Below the pieces are notes generated by a model that was given only the letters and a program-made list of their open reading frames with translations, was not told the DNA's origin and searched no databases. Made by a program: the position numbers and the translations under genes. A stretch of 54,155 nucleotides of DNA from an uncultured Enterobacter sp. (GTDB lineage Bacteria; Pseudomonadota; Gammaproteobacteria; Enterobacterales; Enterobacteriaceae), in contig CAMKZP010000001.1 in NCBI GenBank assembly GCA_946477805.1, positions 1 through 54,155 on the forward strand, given 5' to 3'. Positions 23,444-35,031 of this stretch are shown piece after piece; the first letter of the stretch is position 1; every line of letters begins with the position of its first letter.

Positions 23444-24642
23444 AGTTGCGTCTTTATCAGCTGACGCTAATTCTTAGCTTTATTTCGCTTGTATTAGCAC
23501 TGCTCAGTTCTGGCAAGCAAAGAGAGTTTTTCTATATCGCTATCTATGCCAGCATTATCGGCTTAGCGTTCGAATATAAAAAAATCACATTACGCCCTTT
23601 TTCAATCGCTCTTCCCATTTTGTTGATTGGGTTACTTAATTTCGTCTGGTATATGGTTTATGAATACCATGGTGAAGGCTTGAATGCTTATAGTGATTAT
23701 CTTGGTGCAAGTAAAAAGTTGATTCTAGCAAGCTTCCTGATTTTCTATCTTGACCGGTTTAAGTCTTACGTTGATAAAGCCTCCTTCCAGAAGTATTTTC
23801 TCTATGCCACAGGTACCGGCTTTGTTCTGGCCACTGGCTATGGCTTGTGGCAGGCAACGCAGGGCATGGCGCGTATTGAAATGGCTATCAATCGTGCAAC
23901 GGTTTCAGCCTATGTCTACTCAGTATTATCGTTAGCTTTCGTATACGCTCTTTATCTTCAAAAAAATGTAAAACTGTATGTTGCTGCGAGCCTCACCATA
24001 TTACTATCCTACTTCGTCATTCTTCTGACGGGCACACGTGCCGCGATGGGCTTGTATTTGCTTTTGGCGATTGTGCTTACGCTTTATCACTTCAGAAGAA
24101 TTCATCTTAAATCAACGCTGATATTTTTGTGTGTTGTAGCAGGCATTATCGTTGTAAGCTACAAGCCCTTAATTTCCCCCAAAATAGCGCAAACACAAAT
24201 CGAAATAGATAAGTTTGAAAAGGGCTATGATAAAACCTCACTCGGCGCGCGTTTCTCGATGTGGACCGTGGGTATTCAGAACGGGCTTGCGCATCCCCTG
24301 GGGCAATCAGTCGAAGATCGTCAGGTATGGACACAGCGCTATGTAAAAGAAGGGCACCCGCATCTTAAGACTGCACTGCAATTCATCAATGTGCATTTGC
24401 ATAATGAATTCATAGAAAAATATTCCCTGCAAGGGATCCCTGGACTGGCGATATTATTCTTTTTCTTTGCTTCGATGATCGGCTATGCGCTCAAAAATAG
24501 AAATGCCCTGCTGCTCACGACCATGCTTCTGCTGCTGCTGTATGGTCTGACCGACGTCATATTGTTGAGTTCAGAGGCGTTAATTTTCTTTGTAACCTTG
24601 TTTGCTTTGAGCACGCCTTTTTCACAGTCAAGGCAGCGTTAA
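23431..24642 (+). CDS. waaL: O-antigen ligase
   Basis: Multiple TM helices, LTGTRAA, SLGARFSMW and HLHNEFIE periplasmic-loop motifs. Confidence 0.92.
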   Translation: MEKVKLRLYQLTLILSFISLVLALLSSGKQREFFYIAIYASIIGLAFEYKKITLRPFSIALPILLIGLLNFVWYMVYEYHGEGLNAYSDYLGASKKLILASFLIFYLDRFKSYVDKASFQKYFLYATGTGFVLATGYGLWQATQGMARIEMAINRATVSAYVYSVLSLAFVYALYLQKNVKLYVAASLTILLSYFVILLTGTRAAMGLYLLLAIVLTLYHFRRIHLKSTLIFLCVVAGIIVVSYKPLISPKIAQTQIEIDKFEKGYDKTSLGARFSMWTVGIQNGLAHPLGQSVEDRQVWTQRYVKEGHPHLKTALQFINVHLHNEFIEKYSLQGIPGLAILFFFFASMIGYALKNRNALLLTTMLLLLLYGLTDVILLSSEALIFFVTLFALSTPFSQSRQR

Positions 24643-24645
24643 AGA

Positions 24646-25623
24646 TTATGCCCGCCTTGCGGGCATTACTTTTTTTTTGTACTGATAGTACTCTGCCAGC
24701 GTCATCCCCACCGTCCTGTCTGAAAGCCAGGTAAAGAGCTGTTCCAAATCCTGATACAACCCTTCTATCGCTGCATCATCTTTAAACGTTGGGCTGCCGC
24801 CTGGCATAAATTCTGACGAATGAAGCATAAACTCAACGTAGTCATTTCCCTGAGACAGGCACTGCTGCGCAACGTTAATCATCTCCGCAGCATTCCCTCC
24901 GGACGGCCGCAGCCAGTTAACTGACGGAGAGCGGTATTTTCCGCGCAGGCGATCGTACCCTTGCTTAACTGCGTTCAGCCAGGCCGGGTGTTTATATTGA
25001 ATGCTCATCGGCACTTCGAGTAACGTGCTATTGCCAGCCTGAGAAATATTATCTATATCAATGAAGTAGGCGCGATCGGGGAAGTTCTGATAGTTGGTTC
25101 CTCCCTTTCCCTGAGGAGCACCTTTGGCATTGCGCCAGTTCACGCGCGGCGTGACCGAACAATCGACCTGATAGCCCAGCTCAACGAGCAGCCTGGCGTA
25201 ACGGCTATCAAATGCCCAGCGCCCGGCGCGATGGCTCAACATTTTGCTCTGGAATGTCTCTTCCAGAAGGCGGGTCATGAACAGCACTTTCTCCCGCATG
25301 ACGTCATCTGAAAATTCAACCAGATAAGGCTGCCAGCGCCAGTCATCTCCCGTGAGATCGTGCTCCGGCGGGCTATTCCAGGCATGGAGATGCATACCCA
25401 CCTCCCCGGTGCCGCGGGCAATAACGTCTTTGGCGAACTCAATGAAAACAGGCTCGATCGCCATCTCGTAATTTGTCAGCCAGACGGGCTTAAAACCAAA
25501 ACGCTCACAGAGCGCCTGAAACCGGCCCAGATAACGGGCGTTTTCCGTTTTAATAACCCGGTGGTTTTGCCAGAGATTATCGCCCTCGGTATCGATCGTG
25601 ATGATAAACGCTGGTTTTTTCAT
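24646..25623 (-). CDS. wabN: LPS core GlcNAc deacetylase (WabN/WalW-like polysaccharide deacetylase)
   Basis: MKKPAFIITIDTEGD start, GMHLHAW, HRAGRW and FMLHSSE NodB-type motifs; located near wabH. Confidence 0.75.
   Translation of the reverse strand: MKKPAFIITIDTEGDNLWQNHRVIKTENARYLGRFQALCERFGFKPVWLTNYEMAIEPVFIEFAKDVIARGTGEVGMHLHAWNSPPEHDLTGDDWRWQPYLVEFSDDVMREKVLFMTRLLEETFQSKMLSHRAGRWAFDSRYARLLVELGYQVDCSVTPRVNWRNAKGAPQGKGGTNYQNFPDRAYFIDIDNISQAGNSTLLEVPMSIQYKHPAWLNAVKQGYDRLRGKYRSPSVNWLRPSGGNAAEMINVAQQCLSQGNDYVEFMLHSSEFMPGGSPTFKDDAAIEGLYQDLEQLFTWLSDRTVGMTLAEYYQYKKKVMPARRA
24648..24678 (+). terminator. Intrinsic terminator after waaL (overlaps the 3' end of the deacetylase ORF)
   Basis: ATGCCCGC-CTT-GCGGGCAT followed by TAC and T9. 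Confidence 0.75.
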
Positions 25624-25773
25624 AATGAGTCCGTCAGACAGGGGAGTTATCGCTATGTTACGCACTCCTCAAAGCTTGAGTAAACCCTTCATCGGAAATT
25701 CCCGACATTATGGAGAAAGAGTGCAAGTCGCTATCAGGTCTATTAGAATTGCCAACAGTACAACGCCGATAAG

Positions 25774-26844
25774 ATGATGATGAATAACTTACCTGACACG
25801 CCTGATTTGCGCATTTTACTGATTAAACTTCGCCATCATGGTGACATGTTACTCACCACACCCGTCATCGATTCGTTATGCCAAAAATGGCCTCAGGCAA
25901 AAATCGACGTGCTGCTCTATGAAGAGACGCGCGATATGCTCGCCGCGCATCCGGCTATCGGCACCATTTACGGTATCGATCGTAAATGGAAGCAGCTGGG
26001 CACGCTGAAGCATCTGCAAAAAGAGTGGCAGCTGCTGAGCGCGCTAAGAGCGCAGCATTATCACCTGGTGATTAACCTTGCCGATCAGTGGCGTAGCGCC
26101 ATCGTCACCCGGTTCACGGGCGCGCCGGTTCGTCTCGGGTTTGCCTTCAACAAGCGTGACAATGCCTTCTGGCGTTTTTGCCATACCGATTTGGTTTCTG
26201 TTGCGAATCATGCCTCTCTGCATACCGTTGAACAAAATCTTTCTATCCTGTCGCCGTTACCGGTTGCCGCCAGGCCGGCCGTTACCATGGCTTATCGCGC
26301 AGATGACTGGCAATACGCCCGGCACGCGCTGACGCAGCATGGCGTGGGCGAGCGCTACGTCGTTATTCAGCCCACATCCCGCTGGTTTTTTAAATGCTGG
26401 GATGAAGGAAAGATGGCGCAAACCATCACCGCCCTTCAGCAGGAGGGCCACACCATCGTTCTCACGGCAGGCCCGGATAAAAAAGAGATGGCGATGATCG
26501 ATCGCATTCTTGCCGCCTCGCCCAAAACGGGCGTCGTTTCGCTGGCGGGCCAGCTAACGCTTCGCCAGCTGGCCTCGCTTATCGATCGCGCATGTCTGTT
26601 TATAGGCGTAGATTCCGTTCCGATGCATATGGCCGCCGCGCTTCAGACGCCCTGCGTGGCGCTGTTTGGCCCCTCCAAACTGACGTTCTGGTCTCCATGG
26701 CAGGTTAACGGTGAGGTCATCTGGGCAGGTGACTACGGCCCGCTGCCCGACCCGGACGCTATTGATACCAACACGAAAGAACGCTACCTCAATGCCATTC
26801 CCGTTGATGCTGTCGTCTCCGCGGCAAGGAGATACCTGAAATGA
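25774..26844 (+). CDS. waaQ: LPS heptosyltransferase III
   Basis: ILLIKLRHHGDMLLTTP, IQPTSRWFFKCW, GVDSVPMHMAAAL. Confidence 0.92.
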   Translation: MMMNNLPDTPDLRILLIKLRHHGDMLLTTPVIDSLCQKWPQAKIDVLLYEETRDMLAAHPAIGTIYGIDRKWKQLGTLKHLQKEWQLLSALRAQHYHLVINLADQWRSAIVTRFTGAPVRLGFAFNKRDNAFWRFCHTDLVSVANHASLHTVEQNLSILSPLPVAARPAVTMAYRADDWQYARHALTQHGVGERYVVIQPTSRWFFKCWDEGKMAQTITALQQEGHTIVLTAGPDKKEMAMIDRILAASPKTGVVSLAGQLTLRQLASLIDRACLFIGVDSVPMHMAAALQTPCVALFGPSKLTFWSPWQVNGEVIWAGDYGPLPDPDAIDTNTKERYLNAIPVDAVVSAARRYLK

Positions 26845-27968
26845 AAAAACATCGCCTGGCCATCGTTCGTCAAAAATATCGCCCCGATGGCGGAGCGGAG
26901 CGCTTCGTCTCCCGGGCGCTCTCCGCGCTGAGTAATCAAAACCTTGAGCTTAACGTCATCACGCGCGAGTGGCAGGGAGAGAAGCAGGACGACTGGCATA
27001 TCCACATTTGCGATCCGCGCAAATGGGGCCGCATCAGCCGCGAGCGCGGGTTTGCCCATGCCGCACGCGCGCTCTGGCAGCAGCAGCAGTTTGATATCGT
27101 GCAAAGTCACGAGCGTATCCCGGGCTGCGATATTTACCGTGCGGGTGATGGCGTACACCAGCGCTGGCTGCTGCAGCGCGCGCGGATCCTGCCCGCGTGG
27201 CGTGCGCAGATGCTTATGCACGATCGCTATCACCGCTACGTGATGCAGGCCGAACGTGAGATGTACCAGGCGCAAGAGTTGCAAGCCGTTATCTGTAATG
27301 CAGAGATGATCAAACGAGAAATTATCGAAGACTTTGATATCGACGCAAAAAAGATACATGTGATTTATAATTCAATTGATTGCAGCCGCTTCGTTCCGGC
27401 TCAGGAAGCACAACGCGCTGCCTTGCGTCAGCAGTACGGGGTGCCAGCCGACGCCATTGTGTTCTGTTTCGTAGGGTCAGGATTTGAGCGCAAGGGATTG
27501 GCCAGCGCGATACAGGCTATCGCGGGAACAGGGGCATGGCTGATTGTGGTTGGACAGGATAAAGCGGAAAATCGTTATCGTGCGCTCGCCCGATCGCTAG
27601 GCTGCGAGGGGCAGATTCGCTTCCTGGGGATGCAAAAAGAGACGCTGCCATTTTACCAGCTATCCGATGGTTTACTGCTGCCGACGCTGTATGATCCTTT
27701 TCCTAACGTCATTCTCGAAGCGATGGCCTGCGGTTTGCCGATCGTGACTTCAGCGAGCTGCGGTGGATCCGAATTCATAGAGCAAGGCAAGAACGGGTTT
27801 TACTGTGACGCACTTGATATCAGCACATTGAAGGAGGCCATAGCCGCCATTCCTTCTCTGGAAAAGAATAACAATATGGGGCAAGCGGCACGTGAGCGTG
27901 TAAAAGAGGCGACCCCCGAAAAACTATCAAGTCAGCTTATTTCGCTTTATCAAAAATTACTGGATTAA
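26841..27968 (+). CDS. wabG: GT4 LPS core galacturonosyltransferase (WabG-like)
   Basis: VRQKYRPDGGAERF N-terminus, GSGFERKG, YDPFPNVILEAMACG; order waaQ-wabG-wabH as in Klebsiella/Serratia. Confidence 0.8.
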   Translation: MKKHRLAIVRQKYRPDGGAERFVSRALSALSNQNLELNVITREWQGEKQDDWHIHICDPRKWGRISRERGFAHAARALWQQQQFDIVQSHERIPGCDIYRAGDGVHQRWLLQRARILPAWRAQMLMHDRYHRYVMQAEREMYQAQELQAVICNAEMIKREIIEDFDIDAKKIHVIYNSIDCSRFVPAQEAQRAALRQQYGVPADAIVFCFVGSGFERKGLASAIQAIAGTGAWLIVVGQDKAENRYRALARSLGCEGQIRFLGMQKETLPFYQLSDGLLLPTLYDPFPNVILEAMACGLPIVTSASCGGSEFIEQGKNGFYCDALDISTLKEAIAAIPSLEKNNNMGQAARERVKEATPEKLSSQLISLYQKLLD

Positions 27969-27970
27969 AA

Positions 27971-29068
27971 ATGCGCATCCTAATGATTATTGATGGTTTA
28001 CCCGGTGGCGGAGCCGAAAAAACGGTTCTTACACTCTCCAGCGGATTGTTAGAAATGGGGCACCAGGTTTCCCTATTCTCCCTGCGGAAAGTGTGCGACT
28101 ACGCCATTCCGGACGGCATCGATTTTCACATTATTCAGGATACGTGCACGAAGCCGTGGCGCAAGCTCACGGAGATCCCGCGTCGCGCCCGGCTGCTGGA
28201 TAAGGCGATAGAGCAGGCCGAGCGCAGCGGCAAATTTGATGTCGTGTTCTCTCATCTGCACAAAACTGACCGCATCGTGTCGCACTGCCGCGCGCTTGAG
28301 CGGGAGAAAGTCTGGTTCTGCGTACACGGTATGTTCTCGTTCTCCTACCTTCGCCACCGCAGCGGGCTTTCACGCTGGTTTAAGCATTCCAAAATTCGTC
28401 ATACCTACAAAAACCGCAACGTTGTCGCCGTCTCAGCCGCCGTGTTGAAAGATCTTTCTGAGACGCTGGCAATCGATCTCCGCCGCAAAGCGGTTATCCA
28501 CAATCCTTTCGATATTCCAGACATTCAGCGTCTGGCCGATGCGCCCTTTGAGATGCAGGGGAAGGATTACATCATTCATGTTGGCCGCTTCCACGAGCAC
28601 AAGCGCCACGACAGGCTTTTACGCGCGTTTGCACTGAGCCAGCTCGATACCACGCTAGTGATGATGGGCAACGGCTCCGAGGCAAAAATTCAAAAGCTTA
28701 AGCAGCTGGCCGCAGAGCTCGGCATTGAAAACCGGATTGCTTTCCGCCCGTTCGAGCCTAATCCCTACCCCTGGATTAAAGGGGCACGCCTGCTGGTATT
28801 AAGCTCTGACTGCGAAGGCTTTGGCAATGTGCTGGTCGAATCCATCATCTGCCAGACGCCGCCCGTGAGCACAAACTGCCCGGGCGGGCCCGCTGAAATC
28901 CTCACGGGTAGCCTGGCCCGCGGCCTGACGGAACTGAATGACGAGTCGCTGGCAACAACGCTGGCGGATATCTACACGTCGCCGCCAGTCGTCGATCGCG
29001 CAACGATCGCATCGTTTGGTATTAACGCCATTTGCCAGCAATATATCGCTTTAGTCGATAAACAATAA
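27971..29068 (+). CDS. wabH: GT4 LPS core GlcNAc transferase (WabH-like)
   Basis: MRILMIIDGLPGGGAEK start, EGFGNVLVES (EX7E) motif; follows wabG. Confidence 0.78.
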   Translation: MRILMIIDGLPGGGAEKTVLTLSSGLLEMGHQVSLFSLRKVCDYAIPDGIDFHIIQDTCTKPWRKLTEIPRRARLLDKAIEQAERSGKFDVVFSHLHKTDRIVSHCRALEREKVWFCVHGMFSFSYLRHRSGLSRWFKHSKIRHTYKNRNVVAVSAAVLKDLSETLAIDLRRKAVIHNPFDIPDIQRLADAPFEMQGKDYIIHVGRFHEHKRHDRLLRAFALSQLDTTLVMMGNGSEAKIQKLKQLAAELGIENRIAFRPFEPNPYPWIKGARLLVLSSDCEGFGNVLVESIICQTPPVSTNCPGGPAEILTGSLARGLTELNDESLATTLADIYTSPPVVDRATIASFGINAICQQYIALVDKQ

Positions 29069-29082
29069 AAATCAGGTTTCTT

Positions 29083-30072
29083 ATGCAAAATTCAGCGCCC
29101 TTATTAAGCGTGGTGGTTGCCGTTTATAACGGTGAAGCTTTTCTGAATCAGTTCTTTACCTGCCTTATGAATCAGCGCATCGACAGTATGGAAGTGATCA
29201 TCGTCAATGACGGTTCCACTGACGGTTCGATGCAGATCGTTGAAAACTGGCGCGAAAAATTCCCCCAGCTGCAGGTAATAGAACAGCAAAACCAGGGCGT
29301 CTCCATCGCGCGTAATACTGGCCTGGCCGTCGCGACGGGCCAATATCTCTCTTTCCCGGATATAGATGACGACTTTAAACCCGGCATGTACCAGCATCTG
29401 CTGGATATGGCCGTTACGCAGGATCTGGATGTCGCCACCTGTAACGGGAACTACGTCTGGGAAAACGACAAGAAACCTTCACGCCCTATCTTCCCTGAAG
29501 ACAAACTCTCCTCAACTGGCGTCATGACGGGCCCTGCCTGGCTAAAAATGGCGCTGGATTCGCGTAAGTTTCTGCACGTGACCTGGCTTAACATCTATCG
29601 CCACGACTTTATTCGACAGAACGGCTTTCGCTTCGAACCCGGCCTTCGCCATCAGGACATTCCCTGGACCACCGAAGTGCTGCTCGCGGCCGAGCGCGTC
29701 CAGTACACCAGTGAACGTTACTATGACTACTACATTCACTCCGCATCGGTTTCCCATATGCCGGACAACGATGACACCCTGATTCGCTCGGCGCGTCATT
29801 ACATGAAAATCCTGCAGATGCTTGATGCCATCAACCAGCGCTACCCGGATAAAGTGAAAGGGATCCCTGCCTGCCACTGGCAAATCGCCAAAGAAGGGCT
29901 GGGGATTATTCACACCTTCGATAACATGAAGGATGAGAAGAAGAAAGCCATGATTATCAAAGAATTTTTTGAAACGGGTATCTGGAAACTCATCTGGAAA
30001 AGCGCTAAAAGCCCGCGTCTTCGCTGGCGCCTGGGCCGCCGCTACTTTCGTTTAAAACGGTATCTGGCATAA
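29083..30072 (+). CDS. Glycosyltransferase family 2
   Basis: LSVVVAVYN, VNDGSTDGS, NQGVSIARNTG, FPDIDD. Confidence 0.88.
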   Translation: MQNSAPLLSVVVAVYNGEAFLNQFFTCLMNQRIDSMEVIIVNDGSTDGSMQIVENWREKFPQLQVIEQQNQGVSIARNTGLAVATGQYLSFPDIDDDFKPGMYQHLLDMAVTQDLDVATCNGNYVWENDKKPSRPIFPEDKLSSTGVMTGPAWLKMALDSRKFLHVTWLNIYRHDFIRQNGFRFEPGLRHQDIPWTTEVLLAAERVQYTSERYYDYYIHSASVSHMPDNDDTLIRSARHYMKILQMLDAINQRYPDKVKGIPACHWQIAKEGLGIIHTFDNMKDEKKKAMIIKEFFETGIWKLIWKSAKSPRLRWRLGRRYFRLKRYLA

Positions 30073-30138
30073 GAGATAGCTTTACCTGGCTTAAATGCTT
30101 AGAATTTGCCCGCCGAAACTAAAAAAACGGATAATCGC

Positions 30139-31413
30139 TTGGAATTGTTGTATACCGCCCTGCTCTACATTATTCAGCCATTCGTGTGGCTGAGACTGTT
30201 GCTTCGTAGCCGTAAGGCCCCTGCGTATCGAAAACGCTGGGCTGAACGCTATGGCTACTGCCGCAATAAAGTCACCCCGGACGGTATTTTGCTGCATTCC
30301 GTTTCTGTTGGTGAAACGCTGGCGGCGATCCCGCTGGTACGCGCCCTGCGCCATCGCTACCCGTCACTGCCGATCACCGTCACCACCATGACCCCGACCG
30401 GCTCTGAGCGCGCGTTGTCCGCGTTCGGTAAAGACGTTCAGCACGTTTATCTGCCCTACGACCTACCCTGTGCCATGAACCGTTTCCTGAATACCGTTCG
30501 CCCTAAGCTGGTGATCGTGATGGAAACCGAGCTCTGGCCGAATATGATTTCCGCCCTGCATGCCCGCAAAATTCCGCTGGTGATTGCCAACGCGCGCCTG
30601 TCAGAGCGCTCGGCGAAAGGGTATGGCAAGCTGGGTAAATTTATGCGCCGCCTGCTGAGTAAAATCACGCTCATTGCCGCACAGAATGAAGAAGATGCGT
30701 CGCGTTTCATTGCTCTCGGCCTGAAACGCAACCAGCTTGCGGTAACGGGAAGCCTTAAATTCGATATTTCGGTCACGCCTGAACTCGCTGCCCGTGCGAT
30801 CACGCTGCGCCGCCAGTGGGCCCCGCGCCGCCAGGTCTGGATTGCGACCAGCACCCACGACGGTGAAGAAGAGATTATTCTCCAGGCCCATCGCAAACTG
30901 CTGGAAAAATTCCCCGACTTACTCCTTATTCTGGTTCCCCGCCATCCGGAGCGTTTCAAAGACGCCCGCGACATGGTGCTGAAAGGCGGCTTTAGCTTCA
31001 CCCTGCGCAGCACCGGTGAGATCCCCTCTGGCAGCACTCAGGTGGTGATTGGCGATACGATGGGCGAGCTGATGCTGCTGTACGGCATTGCCGATCTCGC
31101 CTTCGTGGGCGGCAGCCTGGTAGAGCGCGGCGGTCATAATCCTCTGGAACCGGCAGCGCACGCAATTCCGGTGCTGATGGGGCCGCATACGTTTAACTTC
31201 AAAGATATCTGCGCTAAATTGCAGCAGGCCGACGGCTTAATTACGGTGACCGATGCGGATTCGGTAGTGAAAGAGGTCGCGACCCTTCTGACCGACGAAG
31301 ATTACCGCCTGTGGTACGGTCGCCACGCCGTTGAAGTGCTGCATCAGAACCAGGGCGCACTGACCCGTCTGCTGCAACTTCTGCAACCCTATCTGCCTCA
31401 GCGGAGCCACTGA
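30139..31413 (+). CDS. waaA: Kdo transferase
   Basis: [23 protein letters not shown] and GGHNPLEPA motifs; TTG start giving (M)ELLYTALL. Confidence 0.97.
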   Translation: MELLYTALLYIIQPFVWLRLLLRSRKAPAYRKRWAERYGYCRNKVTPDGILLHSVSVGETLAAIPLVRALRHRYPSLPITVTTMTPTGSERALSAFGKDVQHVYLPYDLPCAMNRFLNTVRPKLVIVMETELWPNMISALHARKIPLVIANARLSERSAKGYGKLGKFMRRLLSKITLIAAQNEEDASRFIALGLKRNQLAVTGSLKFDISVTPELAARAITLRRQWAPRRQVWIATSTHDGEEEIILQAHRKLLEKFPDLLLILVPRHPERFKDARDMVLKGGFSFTLRSTGEIPSGSTQVVIGDTMGELMLLYGIADLAFVGGSLVERGGHNPLEPAAHAIPVLMGPHTFNFKDICAKLQQADGLITVTDADSVVKEVATLLTDEDYRLWYGRHAVEVLHQNQGALTRLLQLLQPYLPQRSH

Positions 31414-32183
31414 TGCCACAGCGTCTGTCGGTCGTGATGATCGCCAAAAACGCCGCCGACCTGCTTCCGGACTGCCTGGCGTCCGTCGCCTGGGCTGACG
31501 AAATTGTCCTGCTTGATTCCGGCAGCGAAGACAATACGCTAGACGTTGCCCGTGCGGCGGGTGCAAACGTCTATACCGATACCGACTGGCAGGGGTATGG
31601 CATTCAGCGCCAGCGCGCGCAGGGCTACGCCACAGGTGATTATGTGCTGATGATCGACACCGACGAGCGCATCACGCCTGAACTGCGGCAGTCCATTGAA
31701 GCGGTGCTCGCTGCGCCTCAGCCGGGTGCGGTCTACAGCATTGCGCGTCGTAACTATTTTCTTGGCCGCTTCATGCGCCACAGCGGCTGGTATCCTGACC
31801 GCGTAACGCGCCTGTATGAGCGCGAGCGTTATCAGTACAACGACAGCCTGGTCCATGAATCGCTGGCCTGCGATAACGCCCGGGTGCTCCCTCTGACGGG
31901 CGATCTGCTCCACCTGACCTGCCGGGATTTTGCCAGCTTCCAGCGTAAGCAGCTCAACTATGCCACGGCGTGGGCGCAGGAGCGCCATCAGCGGGGCAAG
32001 AAGGCCACGCTGACCGGTATCTTCACCCACACGCTGGGGGCATTTTTGAAAACGCTGCTGCTGCGTGGTGGCGTGCTGGACGGTAAGCAGGGCTGGCTAC
32101 TGGCCGTGGTCAATGCCCAGTATACTTTCAATAAATACACCGAGCTGTGGGCGCTCTGCCGCGGCTACTCAGAGAAAACGTGA
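31413..32183 (+). CDS. waaE: LPS core beta-1,4-glucosyltransferase (WaaE/KdtX)
   Basis: [10 protein letters not shown]...[16 protein letters not shown]; waaA-waaE-coaD order. Confidence 0.9.
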   Translation: MPQRLSVVMIAKNAADLLPDCLASVAWADEIVLLDSGSEDNTLDVARAAGANVYTDTDWQGYGIQRQRAQGYATGDYVLMIDTDERITPELRQSIEAVLAAPQPGAVYSIARRNYFLGRFMRHSGWYPDRVTRLYERERYQYNDSLVHESLACDNARVLPLTGDLLHLTCRDFASFQRKQLNYATAWAQERHQRGKKATLTGIFTHTLGAFLKTLLLRGGVLDGKQGWLLAVVNAQYTFNKYTELWALCRGYSEKT

Positions 32184-32666
<483 letters not shown>

Positions 32667-32668
32667 CC

Positions 32669-33478
32669 CTACTTCTGGCACTGGCGACAGTAGAACGTAG
32701 CGCGCTGGGCGTGTTTCGTTGCAATAATGGGTGTGCCGCACACTCTGCACGGTTCGCCTTTTCGACCATACACCTGCAGCTCCTGCGCAAAATAGCCCGG
32801 CTTGCCGTCGCTTTGCAGGAAGTCTTTCAGCGTGGTTCCCCCCTGCTCAATCGAGCGCAGCAGTACCGCTTTAATGACCCTGACCAGCAGCTCACATTCC
32901 TGCGCTGACAGCGAAGAGGCGAGCCGATCGGGATGGATCCCGGCCGCAAACAGCGATTCGCTGGCGTAAATATTCCCCACGCCGACCACCAGCTTGTTAT
33001 CCATCAGCCAGGGTTTAATCGGGGTTTTCTTTTTCGCACACTTCTCTTTCAGGTATTCTGCATTAAAGGCCTCTGAGAGCGGCTCTGGCCCCAGATGTGC
33101 CAGTACGCTGTGCCCTTCAAGCGCGCTGGTCCACAGCCACGCGCCAAAACGCCGCGGGTCGGTATAGCGCAGCACTTTGCCGTTGCTCATCACCAAATCG
33201 ACGTGGTCATGCTTTTCGGCCGGCAGCTCTTCGGTAAGGATGCGCAGGCTACCGGACATCCCCAGATGAATGATGATCCATCCGTCTGGCAGCTCCAGCA
33301 GCAGGTATTTCGCCCGGCGCTGCACGCTAAGGACGGGTTTATCGCTCAGGGCGTGGATCTCATCGGACACCGGCCAGCGGAGACGCCCATTGCGGACAAC
33401 CGCATGAAGAATCGTCGCGCCGACCAGATGGGGCTCAATGCCGCGACGGCTGGTTTCTACCTCAGGTAATTCAGGCAT
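32669..33478 (-). CDS. mutM: Formamidopyrimidine-DNA glycosylase
   Basis: MPELPEVE start, [10 protein letters not shown]2TH motif, C-terminal zinc finger. Confidence 0.99.
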   Translation of the reverse strand: MPELPEVETSRRGIEPHLVGATILHAVVRNGRLRWPVSDEIHALSDKPVLSVQRRAKYLLLELPDGWIIIHLGMSGSLRILTEELPAEKHDHVDLVMSNGKVLRYTDPRRFGAWLWTSALEGHSVLAHLGPEPLSEAFNAEYLKEKCAKKKTPIKPWLMDNKLVVGVGNIYASESLFAAGIHPDRLASSLSAQECELLVRVIKAVLLRSIEQGGTTLKDFLQSDGKPGYFAQELQVYGRKGEPCRVCGTPIIATKHAQRATFYCRQCQK

Positions 33479-33504
33479 GGTTCCTCCGTTGAGATGCAGA
33501 ATGC

Positions 33505-33531
33505 AAAAAACCCCGCAGTTGCGGGGTTTTT
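33505..33531 (-). terminator. Intrinsic terminator between rpmG and mutM
   Basis: AAAAAACCCCGCA-G-TTGCGGGGTTTTT palindrome, giving a U6 tail on the minus strand. Confidence 0.85.
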
Positions 33532-33550
33532 CAATACAAGGAGACTAAAA

Positions 33551-33721
<171 letters not shown>

Positions 33722-33740
33722 TTATTTCCTCTTTAAGTAC

Positions 33741-33998
<258 letters not shown>

Positions 33999-34124
33999 TT
34001 AGCTCGAGCTTCGTATGGGGTATCGGCGCCTCGTCAGGCTTTACAGCCCGGTCATCGCATAGTTCTAAGTGAACTCTCGATTGCCAGGCCCAAATGCCAA
34101 ACCCGAGATTCTCAAAGGTGGCGT

Positions 34125-34153
34125 AGTATACGCTGACTCGGCGGTGTGCTCAA
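34125..34153 (-). promoter_or_regulatory. sigma70 promoter of rpmB-rpmG
   Basis: Minus strand TTGAGC-17 bp-TATACT followed by a GC-rich discriminator (ACGCCACC). Confidence 0.75.
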
Positions 34154-34195
34154 GTCCCGAACAGACAAAGATCCCGATGGATCGCGAGAAAGGGT

Positions 34196-34858
34196 CTAAA
34201 TCCAACCACGTTCGGCAAAAGAAATGTACTCTCCGCGGCCAATTATCACATGGTCCAGCACACGAATGTCCATGAATTGACAGCATTTGATAATGCGCTC
34301 GGTGATTTCTTTGTCCGCTCTGCTCGGTTCTGCACAGCCAGAGGGGTGATTATGCGCGAGGATCACGCCGGCTGCATTCACTTTTATCGCTTCCCGCACA
34401 ATTTCACGCGGATGAACCTCAACGTGGCTCAGCGTTCCCGAAAACAGGTGGCTGTGTTTCAGTATCCGGTTTCTGTTATCAAGAAAGATCACCATAAAGA
34501 TCTCGCGCTCGGCGTCGGACAGCTGGCTTTGTAAAAATTCCAGCGTCATGTCGGGTGAGAGTATCGGATCTTCTTCCTGCATGCGCACGTTGTAAAAACG
34601 GCGAGCCAGTTCAGCAATGGCCCGCAGCTGGGCATGTTTCGCAACGCCAATTCCATTAACGTGCTCAAACGCCTCCAGTTCAGCCGTCAGCAAGCTGTAC
34701 AGTGAACCGAATTGAGCGATGAGCTCTTGCGCCATCGTGAATACCGTTTTCCCCGGCGTCCCGGTGCGCAAAAAAAGCGCCAGGAGCTCGTCGTCTCTCA
34801 ACAGGGTGACGCCACGGCGCAGCAGCTTTTCGCGCGGCAGCAGTTCAGGCTCTTCCAT
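34196..34858 (-). CDS. radC: RadC/YicR JAB-domain protein
   Basis: PREKLL, HhH GIGVAK, VHPREIV and HNHPSG...SRAD JAMM motif. Confidence 0.95.
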   Translation of the reverse strand: MEEPELLPREKLLRRGVTLLRDDELLALFLRTGTPGKTVFTMAQELIAQFGSLYSLLTAELEAFEHVNGIGVAKHAQLRAIAELARRFYNVRMQEEDPILSPDMTLEFLQSQLSDAEREIFMVIFLDNRNRILKHSHLFSGTLSHVEVHPREIVREAIKVNAAGVILAHNHPSGCAEPSRADKEITERIIKCCQFMDIRVLDHVIIGRGEYISFAERGWI

Positions 34859-35031
34859 GTTTCATCTCCTTCTGTCTGCCCTTATGCTGCCACAGGCAAA
34901 TTTACCTCTCGACGCCTGCTTTTCATTCTTGCGTAGCGCCTCGCAAAGAGGACGACGGACAAAATAACCCCGTTTTTGGGATTGTGATAAAATGCCCGCT
35001 CTCTGGTGAAACCCAACAGGAAAGAATCATG

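Noticed and set aside
34196-34858. radC as a marker of a mobile or anti-defence element
   Set aside because: This is the full-length chromosomal yicR copy in its usual position between rpmB and coaBC, with no mobile genes nearby
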